This document shows positions 1 through 7,819 of a stretch of DNA of 64,000 nucleotides, in pieces. Within the stretch, counting starts at the first letter, position 1; each line of letters opens with the position of its first letter. A program made the position numbers and the translations under genes. The notes under the pieces were generated by a model that worked only from the letters and a program-made list of their open reading frames with translations, made no database searches and had not been told where the DNA came from. Source of the DNA: Pseudonocardia sp. (GTDB lineage Bacteria > Actinomycetota > Actinomycetes > Mycobacteriales > Pseudonocardiaceae); assembly GCF_050250275.1 (NCBI RefSeq), contig NZ_JBFWOY010000020.1:11155-75154 (forward strand), given 5' to 3'.

Positions 1-118
1 GCCGGGTGAGCGCCGGCATCACCGAGATCGAGAACGTCACGAACAGCCCGGCCACCAGCCCGGACCCGACCACGGCGGCGACCGCGACGACGTCGAGCAC
101 ACCGTTCCCCGTAGTCAC
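1..118 (-). CDS. DUF1772-like integral membrane protein, 3' part outside window (partial)
   Basis: Minus-strand reading from GTG (116-118) gives VTTGNGVLDVVAVAAVVGSGLVAGLFVTFSISVMPALTR..., a hydrophobic N-terminus resembling DUF1772 membrane proteins. It runs off the window edge and is too short to appear in the ORF track. Confidence 0.4.
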   Translation of the reverse strand, partial: MTTGNGVLDVVAVAAVVGSGLVAGLFVTFSISVMPALTR

Positions 119-256
119 GTCCCCATCCTGCCCGAAAAGCCGGGATCCCCTGCGGTCTCAGAATGATCCATCCGCTGGCCGTGGCGTCCCCGGTGCACGA
201 AACTGTGCGATCCGAGCGCCGACGACCGGTCCGGCGCCTCTCACCCGGAGGTGACC

Positions 257-742
257 ATGCGCGCAATGCGGGTGCTGAGGCTGGTGGTGCACGCGCCGAG
301 CAGGCAGCCGGTGCTGCTGCTCGGGGAGGTGGAGGGGGACCGCTGTGTCCCGGTGTTCCTCCGCGGACCGCAGGCGGAGGTCATCGCCTTCGGTGTCCGC
401 AACGACTCGCAGCCGCCGCTGACCCAGGACATGATCGTGCCGATCGTCGAGGGGCTGGGGCGGCGGATCGAGGGCGTCGAGATCACCGAGCTGTCCAGCG
501 GCACCTTCAGTGCCGACGTGGTGTTCGACGGCGACACCCGGGTCCCGGCCCGGCCGAGCGACGCGCTGTCGCTCGCCGTCCGCGACTCGCTGCCGATCGG
601 GATGGCGGAGGCCATCCTGGACGAGGTCGGCCAGCCGATCTCGGCGCTGTTCCCCGATGGTGGCGACTCCCCGCCCGAGGAGCAGATCCAGGAGTTCCGC
701 GAGTTCATCGACGAGGTCTCGCCGGAGGACTTCAAGGACTGA
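257..742 (+). CDS. bifunctional nuclease (BFN/DUF151) family protein
   Basis: ORF 251..742. The sequence RVLRLVVHAPSRQPVLLLGE..CVPVFLRGPQAEVIAF..MIVPIVEGLG..VEITELSSGTFSADVVF and the acidic C-terminal tail are typical of the BFN family. GGAGG lies about 5 nt upstream of ATG 257; GTG 251 is the longest-ORF alternative. Confidence 0.8.
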   Translation: MRAMRVLRLVVHAPSRQPVLLLGEVEGDRCVPVFLRGPQAEVIAFGVRNDSQPPLTQDMIVPIVEGLGRRIEGVEITELSSGTFSADVVFDGDTRVPARPSDALSLAVRDSLPIGMAEAILDEVGQPISALFPDGGDSPPEEQIQEFREFIDEVSPEDFKD

Positions 743-1022
743 GCAGGGTCCTGCACCACATGTCGGTGAGGTGGGCGACGAACCGTTCGGTCGTCCAGCC
801 CCGCTCGCGCACCAGCAGCAGCCAGTACTCGACCGCGTTGGTGCTCCACACGATGTCGGCGACGGTGTCGTCGTCGAGGTCGGGCCGCAGCTCGCCGGTG
901 GCGCGCAGGTCGGCGGCTCGCTCCTGCACCTCTGCGTCCGCCGCCCGGACGGCGGCCTGCGCTACATCGATGTCTGGACCGACCGGGAGGCCTGCGCCCG
1001 CGCCTTCGACGAGCGCATCCAC
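732..1022 (-). pseudogene. TetR-family regulator remnant (C-terminal ligand domain only)
   Basis: The 96-aa ORF ends with ELRPDLDDDTVADIVWSTNAVEYWLLLVRERGWTTERFVAHLTDMWCRTLL, a typical TetR C-terminal end. There is no HTH-encoding N-terminal half, and the space upstream is occupied by another fragment and by the 3' end of the ABC gene. Confidence 0.4.
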
Positions 1023-1124
1023 CCCGCCGTCGACCGCGCCTTCGGCGGTGCCCGGCCGGGCGTCGAACCGACCGTCGACCGGCTCGACGTCATCGATGCG
1101 AGCGGCGCCCTCCTGCCCCTGTGA
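957..1124 (+). pseudogene. C-terminal fragment of a small ABM/EthD-like protein (remnant)
   Basis: The tail of ORF 510..1124 reads LRYIDVWTDREACARAFDERIHPAVDRAFGGARPGVEPTVDRLDVIDASG, which looks like a protein. The upstream 150 codons are Arg/Pro/Ser-rich shadow sequence with no credible start. It overlaps the TetR remnant on the opposite strand. Confidence 0.3.
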
Positions 1125-1151
1125 GGGCGGGGCCGGGCGCCGCTCGCCGGG

Positions 1152-3032
1152 TCAGGCCGCCGCCGGTGCCGGGTCGGGCTCGTCGGTGAACTGCGTGTGG
1201 TGCAGCTCGGCGTAGCGCCCGCCCGCGGCGAGCAGGTCGTCGTGCGTGCCGGTCTCCACGATCCGGCCGTCCTCGACGACCAGGATCCGGTCGGCAGCAC
1301 GGACCGTCGACAGCCGGTGGGCGATCACGATCGCCGTCCGCCCCTGCAGGGCCTCGCCGAGCGCCTCCTGGACCTGCGCCTCCGACGTCGAGTCCAGGTG
1401 CGCGGTCGCCTCGTCGAGCACGACCACCCGGGGCCGGGCGAGCAGCAGCCGCGCGATGGTCAACCGCTGCCGCTCGCCGCCCGAGAGCCGGTACCCACGC
1501 TCACCGACGACCGTGTCGAGCCCGTCGGGCAAGCCCGCGACCAGGCCCTCCAGCCGGGCCCGGCGCAGCGCCGCCCACACCTCGGCATCGGTCGCGGCCG
1601 GGGCGGCGAACAGCAGGTTCGCCCGGATCGTGTCGTGGAACAGGTGCCCGTCCTGCGTCACGACGCCGACGGTGGCGCGCAGCGAGTCCGCCGACAGTTC
1701 CCGCACGTCGACCCCCGCGAGCCGCACCGCGCCGGAGTCCACGTCGTACAGCCGCGGCAGCAGGGACCCGATCGTCGACTTCCCGGCCCCCGACGAGCCC
1801 ACCACCGCCAGCAGCCGGCCGGGCTCGACCCGGAACGACACGTCGTGCAGCACCTCGACCCCGCCGCGGGTGTCGAGCGTCGCCACGTCCTCGAGCGAGG
1901 CCAGCGACACCTGCGACGCGGCCGGGTAACCGAACCGCACCCGGTCGAACTCCACCGACACCGGGCCCTCCGGCACCGGGCGCGCGTCGGCGGCCTCGAC
2001 GATCAGCGGCGGCAGGTCCAGCACCTCGAACACACGCTCGAAGCTCACCAGCGCGGTCATCACCTCGACCCGGGCGCCGGCCAGCGCGGTCAACGGGGCG
2101 TAGAGCCGCGTCAGCAGCAGCGCCAGCGACACCACCGCACCCGCCTCCAGCGTCCCGGCGATCGCCAGCGTCCCGCCCAGGCCGTAGACCAGCGCCAACG
2201 CCAGCGCGGACACCACGGTCAGCGCCGTCACGAACACCCACTGCACCATCGCCGTGCGCACCCCGATGTCGCGGACCCGGCTCGCGCGGGCGGCGAAGTC
2301 GGCGGACTCGTCGGCGGGGCGGCCGAACAGCTTCACCAGCGTCGCGCCGGGGGCGGAGAACCGTTCGGTCATCTGGGCGGTCATCGCGGCGTTGTGGTCG
2401 GCGCCCTCGCGTTGCAACGACGCCAGCCGCCTGCCCATCAGTCGTGCGGGCAGGACGAACACCGGCAGCAGCACCAGGGCCAGCACCGTGACCTGCCACG
2501 AGATCTGCAGCATCACCACGAGCGTCAGCGCCAGCGTGACCACGTTGCCGACGACGCCCGACAAGGTGTCGCTGAACGCCCGTTGCGCGCCGAGCACGTC
2601 GTTGTCCAACCGGCTGACCAGCGCGCCGGTGCGGGTGCGGGTGAAGAACGCCACCGGCATCCGCTGGACATGGTCGAACACCGAGGTCCGCAGCTGCAGG
2701 ATCAGGTCCTCGCCGATCGTCGCGGACAGCCTGCGGGTGACCAGGCCGAGACCGGCCTCGGCGACGGCGATGAGCGCGATCAACGCCGCCAGTCCGCCGA
2801 CGACGCCGGCCGGTCCGCCGCCGACGATCGCGTCGACGACCCGGCCCGCCAGCACCGGCGTCGCCACCGCGAGCACCGCGCCCACGACGCTCAGAGCGGT
2901 GAACCACGCCAGCCTGCGCCGGTGGGGCCGCGCGAACGTGGCGATCCGCCGGGCCGTGACGCGCGCCGGGGCCTGCCGTGTCCCGGGGTCGGTCGAGGCG
3001 TTGCGCAGGGCCGCCCACGTGTTGATGTCCAT
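1152..3032 (-). CDS. ABC transporter, fused permease/ATP-binding protein (type I exporter, MsbA-like)
   Basis: 626 aa with an N-terminal 6-TM region. Walker A is GSSGAGKST, the signature is LSGGERQR, Walker B is VVVLDEAT and the H-loop is IAHRLS. All motifs are canonical. Confidence 0.95.
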   Translation of the reverse strand: MDINTWAALRNASTDPGTRQAPARVTARRIATFARPHRRRLAWFTALSVVGAVLAVATPVLAGRVVDAIVGGGPAGVVGGLAALIALIAVAEAGLGLVTRRLSATIGEDLILQLRTSVFDHVQRMPVAFFTRTRTGALVSRLDNDVLGAQRAFSDTLSGVVGNVVTLALTLVVMLQISWQVTVLALVLLPVFVLPARLMGRRLASLQREGADHNAAMTAQMTERFSAPGATLVKLFGRPADESADFAARASRVRDIGVRTAMVQWVFVTALTVVSALALALVYGLGGTLAIAGTLEAGAVVSLALLLTRLYAPLTALAGARVEVMTALVSFERVFEVLDLPPLIVEAADARPVPEGPVSVEFDRVRFGYPAASQVSLASLEDVATLDTRGGVEVLHDVSFRVEPGRLLAVVGSSGAGKSTIGSLLPRLYDVDSGAVRLAGVDVRELSADSLRATVGVVTQDGHLFHDTIRANLLFAAPAATDAEVWAALRRARLEGLVAGLPDGLDTVVGERGYRLSGGERQRLTIARLLLARPRVVVLDEATAHLDSTSEAQVQEALGEALQGRTAIVIAHRLSTVRAADRILVVEDGRIVETGTHDDLLAAGGRYAELHHTQFTDEPDPAPAAA

Positions 3033-3098
3033 GGACGCCGACCGTAGAAGCTGGACCTGGCTTCAGGTCAAGTTGCCCGGCGGACGGCTCGCCACCTG

Positions 3099-3875
3099 GT
3101 GCGGAGTGGCGGTCCCCACCACGAGGGATGGCGCCGCTCACAGGCCATTCGCGCGGGATTGGCCCTGGCCCAGGAGGCCACCGAGGCGCACGATCGGCGG
3201 GTGCCACGCCCGGACCTGCGCCCCCTGCCCGTCACACGATCCCCGATCCGCAGGCTCCCGCAGCTGTTCGTCGGCCTCGCGCTCTACGGCACCAGCATGG
3301 CGATGCAGGTCCACGCCGGCCTCGGCCTCAACCCGTGGGACGTCCTGCACCAGGGCCTGACCACCAGGTTCCCGCTCAGCTTCGGCGTCATCACCGCGAT
3401 CACCGGCGTCATCGTCCTGCTCATCTGGATCCCGCTGCGGCAGCGGCCCGGCGTCGGGACGATCGCGAACGTCGTCGTCATCGCGTTCGCCGTCGACATC
3501 GCCCTCGCCCTGCTCCCGCAGCCGGCCGGGCCGGCGTGGCGGATCACGATGATGGTCGGCGGCATCGTCCTCAACGGGATCGCGTCGGCCCTCTACATCG
3601 GCGCCCGCCTCGGCCCCGGCCCCCGCGACGGCCTCATGACGGGCCTGTCCGCGCGCACCGGACGGTCGATCCGGCTGGTGCGCACCGGGATCGAGGTCGT
3701 GGTGCTCGGCACGGGCTGGCTGCTGGGCGGCACCGTCGGTATCGGGACCGTCCTCTACGCGCTGGCGATCGGGCCGCTCACCCAGGCGTTCCTGCCGTTC
3801 TTCACCTACCGCACGCCGGTGGAACCGGTCCCGGGGACCCCCGACGCGAACCCGGGGACGACACTGGCGGCGTGA
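3099..3875 (+). CDS. YczE/YitT-like integral membrane protein
   Basis: IRRLPQLFVGLALYGTSMAMQVHAGLGLNPWDVLHQGL plus several further TM segments. The start is uncertain (GTG 3201 is an in-frame alternative). The stop overlaps the next gene start (GTGA at 3872-3875). Confidence 0.75.
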   Translation: MRSGGPHHEGWRRSQAIRAGLALAQEATEAHDRRVPRPDLRPLPVTRSPIRRLPQLFVGLALYGTSMAMQVHAGLGLNPWDVLHQGLTTRFPLSFGVITAITGVIVLLIWIPLRQRPGVGTIANVVVIAFAVDIALALLPQPAGPAWRITMMVGGIVLNGIASALYIGARLGPGPRDGLMTGLSARTGRSIRLVRTGIEVVVLGTGWLLGGTVGIGTVLYALAIGPLTQAFLPFFTYRTPVEPVPGTPDANPGTTLAA

Positions 3876-4222
3876 GCACCTCCGGCCTCGCCAGGGCGAT
3901 CGTCTCGGTCACCGACCTCGACACCGCGCTGCGGTTCTACCGCGACGTCCTCGGCCTGTCCGTGACGACACGGACCGGCGACGTGGCATTCCTGCCGATC
4001 CCGGGCGGCACCGAGCTGATGCTGCACGAGCGCCCGTCGCGGCCCAGCGACGCGGCAGTGGCGCTGAGCTTCGCCGTCGGCGACGTCGACGCCCTCACCG
4101 GCGCCGCGGTCAGCGCCGGCTGCGGGGTCCTCGACGCTCCTGCCGACCAGCCCTGGGGTGAGCGGCAGGCCGTCCTCACCGACCCGGACGGGCACGTCGT
4201 CTGCCTGGTGAGCCGCCGCTGA
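3872..4222 (+). CDS. VOC (glyoxalase/bleomycin-resistance/dioxygenase) family protein
   Basis: VSTSGLARAIVSVTDLDTALRFYRDVLGL...PWGERQAVLTDPDGHVVCLV is the classic VOC fold signature. A GTG start in frame with ORF 3128..4222 overlaps the upstream stop. Confidence 0.85.
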   Translation: MSTSGLARAIVSVTDLDTALRFYRDVLGLSVTTRTGDVAFLPIPGGTELMLHERPSRPSDAAVALSFAVGDVDALTGAAVSAGCGVLDAPADQPWGERQAVLTDPDGHVVCLVSRR

Positions 4223-4242
4223 CCCCGGTTGGGCCCGGAACC

Positions 4243-4292
4243 GCACGAACGGCCCTTTCGCGCAACCGAGCTGCGGGAAGGGCCGTTCGTGC
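4243..4292. terminator. perfect 15-bp inverted repeat between convergent genes (bidirectional terminator candidate)
   Basis: gcacgaacggccctt (4243-4257) and aagggccgttcgtgc (4278-4292) are exact reverse complements with a 20-nt loop. They lie between the VOC stop (4222) and the PASTA-gene stop (4303). Confidence 0.6.
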
Positions 4293-4302
4293 AATGTGGG
4301 GA

Positions 4303-4962
4303 TCAGCCGACGGCCTGCTGCGAACCCAGCGCCTCGTCGGGCCACTCGCGCTCGGCGAGCGGAGTGGGCTTCGGGCGGCGCGGCTCCCGGACGCCCGAAC
4401 CCCCACCGCGTTCGGTCCACAGCGTCACCGCGGTACCGATGGGCACCTTCGCCCCGTGGTCGGGGTTCTGGCCCGACACGACGAGCTGCCCGAGCTGCAG
4501 CACCGCGGGCGGCGGGCCGTCGGGATCGGCGGAGACGGCGAGCAGCCCGTGCTCGTCGAGGATGTTGTGGGCCTGCTCGACGGTCTTGCCGACGACGTGC
4601 GGCACCCGCACGAACCGTTGCCGCGAGGCCCGGCCGAGGACCCCCCTGCGCGTCGCCGTCTCGGGCACCGCGGCCGCCGTGGGCGGGTCGGTGTCGAGGT
4701 CGCGCCAGCGTTCCCAGGCCGACTGCCTGCTGACGCCCAGCTTCGTCGCGATCTCCGCCCACGACAGCCCGCGCCGCCGCGCGCTGCGCACGGCCTCGAG
4801 CTCGGTCTCGTCGAGCAGCCGCCGCAGCAACCCGACGTCGCCCAGGGCGACCAGCGGGTCGCGCTCCGCGTCGTCGGGGACCGGTTTCCCGTCGGGGTAC
4901 CAGAACGCGAGCCGTTCCCAGGCGCGCCTGCCGTCGCGCCACGGCCCCTTGTCCTTGCTCAT
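4303..4962 (-). CDS. HTH (sigma-70 region-4-like) plus PASTA domain protein
   Basis: RRGLSWAEIATKLGVSRQSAWERW is an HTH motif. The C-terminal VPHVVGKTVEQAHNILDEHGLLAVS...VVSGQNPDHGAKVPIGTAVTLW matches the PASTA pattern. GGGAGG lies upstream of ATG 4962 (MSKDKG). Confidence 0.75.
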   Translation of the reverse strand: MSKDKGPWRDGRRAWERLAFWYPDGKPVPDDAERDPLVALGDVGLLRRLLDETELEAVRSARRRGLSWAEIATKLGVSRQSAWERWRDLDTDPPTAAAVPETATRRGVLGRASRQRFVRVPHVVGKTVEQAHNILDEHGLLAVSADPDGPPPAVLQLGQLVVSGQNPDHGAKVPIGTAVTLWTERGGGSGVREPRRPKPTPLAEREWPDEALGSQQAVG

Positions 4963-5057
4963 GTCGCCTCCCGGTGTCAAGGCGTCCTGACGCCTGACGT
5001 CAGGCTACCCTGACGCGGCCCCGCGGCGCCCCCACGCCGTTCCCGCACGACGGGGGG

Positions 5058-5735
5058 TCAGGCCGCCTTGCGCGCCCTGGCCTGCGCGCGCCGGACGTAC
5101 CAGACGTTCCAGGCCAGCAGCAGCGCCATGGCGCCGATGAACATGAGCTCGCCCAGGCCGACCATCACGCTGACCGGCAACAGGTAGACCAGCGGGATGC
5201 GGATCAGGGCCTCCGCGAGCAGGCCCGCGCCCCACACGGTCGAGGAGACGCGGTGCCCGCGACGCACGTTCGGGTCGGTGCGGAACTCCTCGGCCAGCTC
5301 GGCGCGCCTGCGCGGGGTGAACGACTCGGCGGCGGCGAGCGTCAGCGGGCGGGGCCCGAAGGCCGTCGCCAGGAACGTGATGCCGACGGCCCCGGTGACG
5401 ATCGAGTTCTTCAGCAGGAGGAAGTGCTCGTCGCCGCTGGTCAGGGTCAGCGCGAGGCTGAGGCCGAACACGACGAGCATGACGGTGGCGAACAGGTTGA
5501 GCGAGCGGTGCCGCACCACCGAGCCGACGACGCGGGTGGCGGCGACGAGGGCGGCGACCAGCAGGGCGACGTAGTCGCCGACGCCGAACAGGTGCAGCAC
5601 GTAGTAGGTGACGACGGGCAGTGCGAGGTCGAGGCCCAGGCCGCGCAGCATGGGTCCGACGGGCATGTCGGTGCCGGCCGGCCGCTTCTCCGGCTCGGTC
5701 ACGGCGGTCTCCTCGACGATGGATGCGGGGCGCAT
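5058..5735 (-). CDS. integral membrane protein (VC0807 / septation-protein-A-like family)
   Basis: About 6 predicted hydrophobic helices and a basic C-terminus. The start is 1 nt after the stop of the upstream carotenoid oxygenase gene, which suggests an operon. Confidence 0.65.
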   Translation of the reverse strand: MRPASIVEETAVTEPEKRPAGTDMPVGPMLRGLGLDLALPVVTYYVLHLFGVGDYVALLVAALVAATRVVGSVVRHRSLNLFATVMLVVFGLSLALTLTSGDEHFLLLKNSIVTGAVGITFLATAFGPRPLTLAAAESFTPRRRAELAEEFRTDPNVRRGHRVSSTVWGAGLLAEALIRIPLVYLLPVSVMVGLGELMFIGAMALLLAWNVWYVRRAQARARKAA

Positions 5736-5736
5736 G

Positions 5737-7110
5737 TCAGTCCCCGACGGATGCGTCGTCGATCCAGGAGCCGTGGAACCCGGCGGGGACGCCGCGGGGA
5801 AGGGTCACGGTGGCGACGGGTGCGGCGGCGACGTCGGTGGCGTCGAGGACGAGCAGGTCGGACGCCGTGCCGTCGCGGGTGGTGGTGATGGTGAGCAGCC
5901 AGCCGTCGTCCTCGGCGCGCCCGGGCGCGGCGGAGGGTACGAAGACCGCCTCGCCCGCAACGGTTCCGGTGCCCAGCGCGTGCTCGGTGACGGTGCCCGC
6001 GTCGAGGTCGATCTTGACGATGCCTGCTGTCCCGCGCTCCTGGGACACGGCGTAGCGGTAACGCGCGCCGCGGCCGACGAGCGCGTCGTCGACGGTGGGG
6101 AACTCGACGGCACGGTCGTCGAGGGCGGTCTCGGTGGCCTTGCCGGTGGCGGGGTCGAGGACCCAGCGGTGGTAGCGGGCGGCGCCGGTGGCAGCGGCGT
6201 CGGCGGCGAGGCCGGACGGGTCGGAGCCGAGGTCGTCCCACATGGCGACGGTGTCGGCGGGTGAGTACCGGGCGCCGTCGACGACGATGCGACCGGAGGC
6301 GTCGGTGTGGGCGTTGCCGACGTGGAAGACGTAGCCGGGGTCGACGTCGAACCAGGTGACGACGCCGGGAGTGGTGAGCGGCATGACGCCGATGCGGGCG
6401 CCGTAGGCCTCGTCGTAGCCGTAGGGCATGCCCGTGGCGAGCCGCTCGAAGGAGAAGGTCATCGGCAGGTCGAGGAAGACGGCGTGGGAGTCGGTGATGG
6501 CGAAGTCGTGCATCATCGTCGGCCCGGGGACCTCGATCTCGGCGCTCACGCAGAGCTCGCCGGACGCGGTGAGCCGGTGGTAGGTGACGAACGGCGGCAT
6601 GACGCCGTAGCCGAAGAAGTGCAGTTCGCCGGTCGCGGGGTCGACCTTGGGGTGGGCGGTCATCGCGGTGGTGAGGCGGCCGTCGAAGTCGCAGGGGCCG
6701 ACCGTCGCGAGGTCGGGTGTGACGACCGTCGGGAAGCTGCTCTCGACGAGTGCCATGATCCGGCCGGCGTGTTCGACGACGTGGGTGTTGGCGACGCCGA
6801 CGCTGCGGTCGAACGTCCCGTCGGGGCCGACCATGGTGGCGCCCTCGAGGGCCTTGGTGCGGACCCAGCGGTTGCGGTACCACTCGGCGCGGCCGTCGCG
6901 CAGGCGGATGCCGTGGAGCATGCCGTGGCCGGTGAACCAGTGCCGGGCAGCTTCGCCGGGGCGTGGGTTGGGCCCGTTGCGGAAGTAGCGGCCGGTGAGC
7001 TCGGGCGGGAGTGTGCCCTCGACGGGCAGGTCGTGAGCCTCGATCTCGTCGGGGACGGGGGCCAGGTAGCCCTCGAGGGTGACGCTCGCTGCGGTGGTGG
7101 TGTCGGTCAT
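5737..7110 (-). CDS. carotenoid oxygenase family protein (CCD / lignostilbene dioxygenase-like)
   Basis: 457 aa. LPPELTGRYFRNGPNP, HWFTGHGMLHG, MTAHPKVDP.TGELHFFGY, MMHDFAITD and HVGNAH carry the conserved His ligand contexts of the RPE65/CCD family. GAGGAGG lies before ATG 7110. Confidence 0.9.
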   Translation of the reverse strand: MTDTTTAASVTLEGYLAPVPDEIEAHDLPVEGTLPPELTGRYFRNGPNPRPGEAARHWFTGHGMLHGIRLRDGRAEWYRNRWVRTKALEGATMVGPDGTFDRSVGVANTHVVEHAGRIMALVESSFPTVVTPDLATVGPCDFDGRLTTAMTAHPKVDPATGELHFFGYGVMPPFVTYHRLTASGELCVSAEIEVPGPTMMHDFAITDSHAVFLDLPMTFSFERLATGMPYGYDEAYGARIGVMPLTTPGVVTWFDVDPGYVFHVGNAHTDASGRIVVDGARYSPADTVAMWDDLGSDPSGLAADAAATGAARYHRWVLDPATGKATETALDDRAVEFPTVDDALVGRGARYRYAVSQERGTAGIVKIDLDAGTVTEHALGTGTVAGEAVFVPSAAPGRAEDDGWLLTITTTRDGTASDLLVLDATDVAAAPVATVTLPRGVPAGFHGSWIDDASVGD

Positions 7111-7160
7111 CGTGTCCTCCTCGGCCGTGCGCTGTCGACGAGAGTGAACCTGTCAGAAAT

Positions 7161-7210
7161 GACATGTCAAGGGTTCAGCTGAAAATTCCGACATGTCGAA
7201 TCTGACATGT
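7161..7210. promoter_or_regulatory. AT-rich divergent promoter with three GACATGT(C) boxes, candidate PadR operator
   Basis: gacatgtc occurs at 7161-7168 and 7190-7197, and gacatgt at 7204-7210. CATGT-N8-ACATG spans 7192-7209, matching the remembered PadR dyad ATGT-N8-ACAT. Confidence 0.55.
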
Positions 7211-7221
7211 ATGGTGACGTC

Positions 7222-7755
7222 ATGTCGCTGACGCACGCGCTGCTCGGACTACTGGCCGTCCAGCCGCGGTCGGGCTACGAGCTGACCAAGGCGTTCGAGA
7301 CCGACCTGGGCCGCTACGCCTGGCAGGCCGGGCACACGAGCATCTACCCCGAACTGGGCAAACTCGCCGACCGCGGGCTCGTCGAGGTCACCGCCGAGGG
7401 CGCACGCGGCAGCAAGACCTACACGGTGACCGACGCCGGCCGCGCCGAGCTGCGCACCTGGCTCATGTCCCCGCCCACACGGCAGGGCAAGGTCCGCAAC
7501 GAACAGGTGCTGCGCATGTTCATGCTGTCGGCGCTCGACCCGGCCGACGCCGTCGTGGTCCTGGAGCGCATCGCCGAGTCCACGGCCCAGCAGGCCGACG
7601 TGCTGCGCGCCATCCGCGAGGAGGCCGGGCCCGTGGAACCGGGACCGGACGGGTTCGGTCAGCTCGCCGCGGAGTACGGCCTGCGGCAGTTCGAAGCCGT
7701 CCACACCTGGGCGCAGTGGGCCATCGAGCAGCTCAGGGCCCCGGCCCGCACCTGA
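7222..7755 (+). CDS. PadR family transcriptional regulator
   Basis: MSLTHALLGLLAVQPRSGYELTKAFE...TSIYPELGKLADRGLV is the PadR winged-helix signature. ATG 7207 is the longest ORF but lies inside the putative operator. Confidence 0.9.
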   Translation: MSLTHALLGLLAVQPRSGYELTKAFETDLGRYAWQAGHTSIYPELGKLADRGLVEVTAEGARGSKTYTVTDAGRAELRTWLMSPPTRQGKVRNEQVLRMFMLSALDPADAVVVLERIAESTAQQADVLRAIREEAGPVEPGPDGFGQLAAEYGLRQFEAVHTWAQWAIEQLRAPART

Positions 7756-7819
7756 CGCACGCGGCGAGCGGGGTCGTGAGTGGCCACAGCCGCCTGGCGA
7801 CCACAGCCACCCACAGGTG

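Noticed and set aside
5005-5235. Small ORFs in and around the 4963-5057 gap (e.g. 5005..5235-, 4229..4990+)
   Set aside because: They overlap the PASTA-domain gene or the membrane-protein gene, have Arg/Gly-rich composition, and lack RBS-like sequences.
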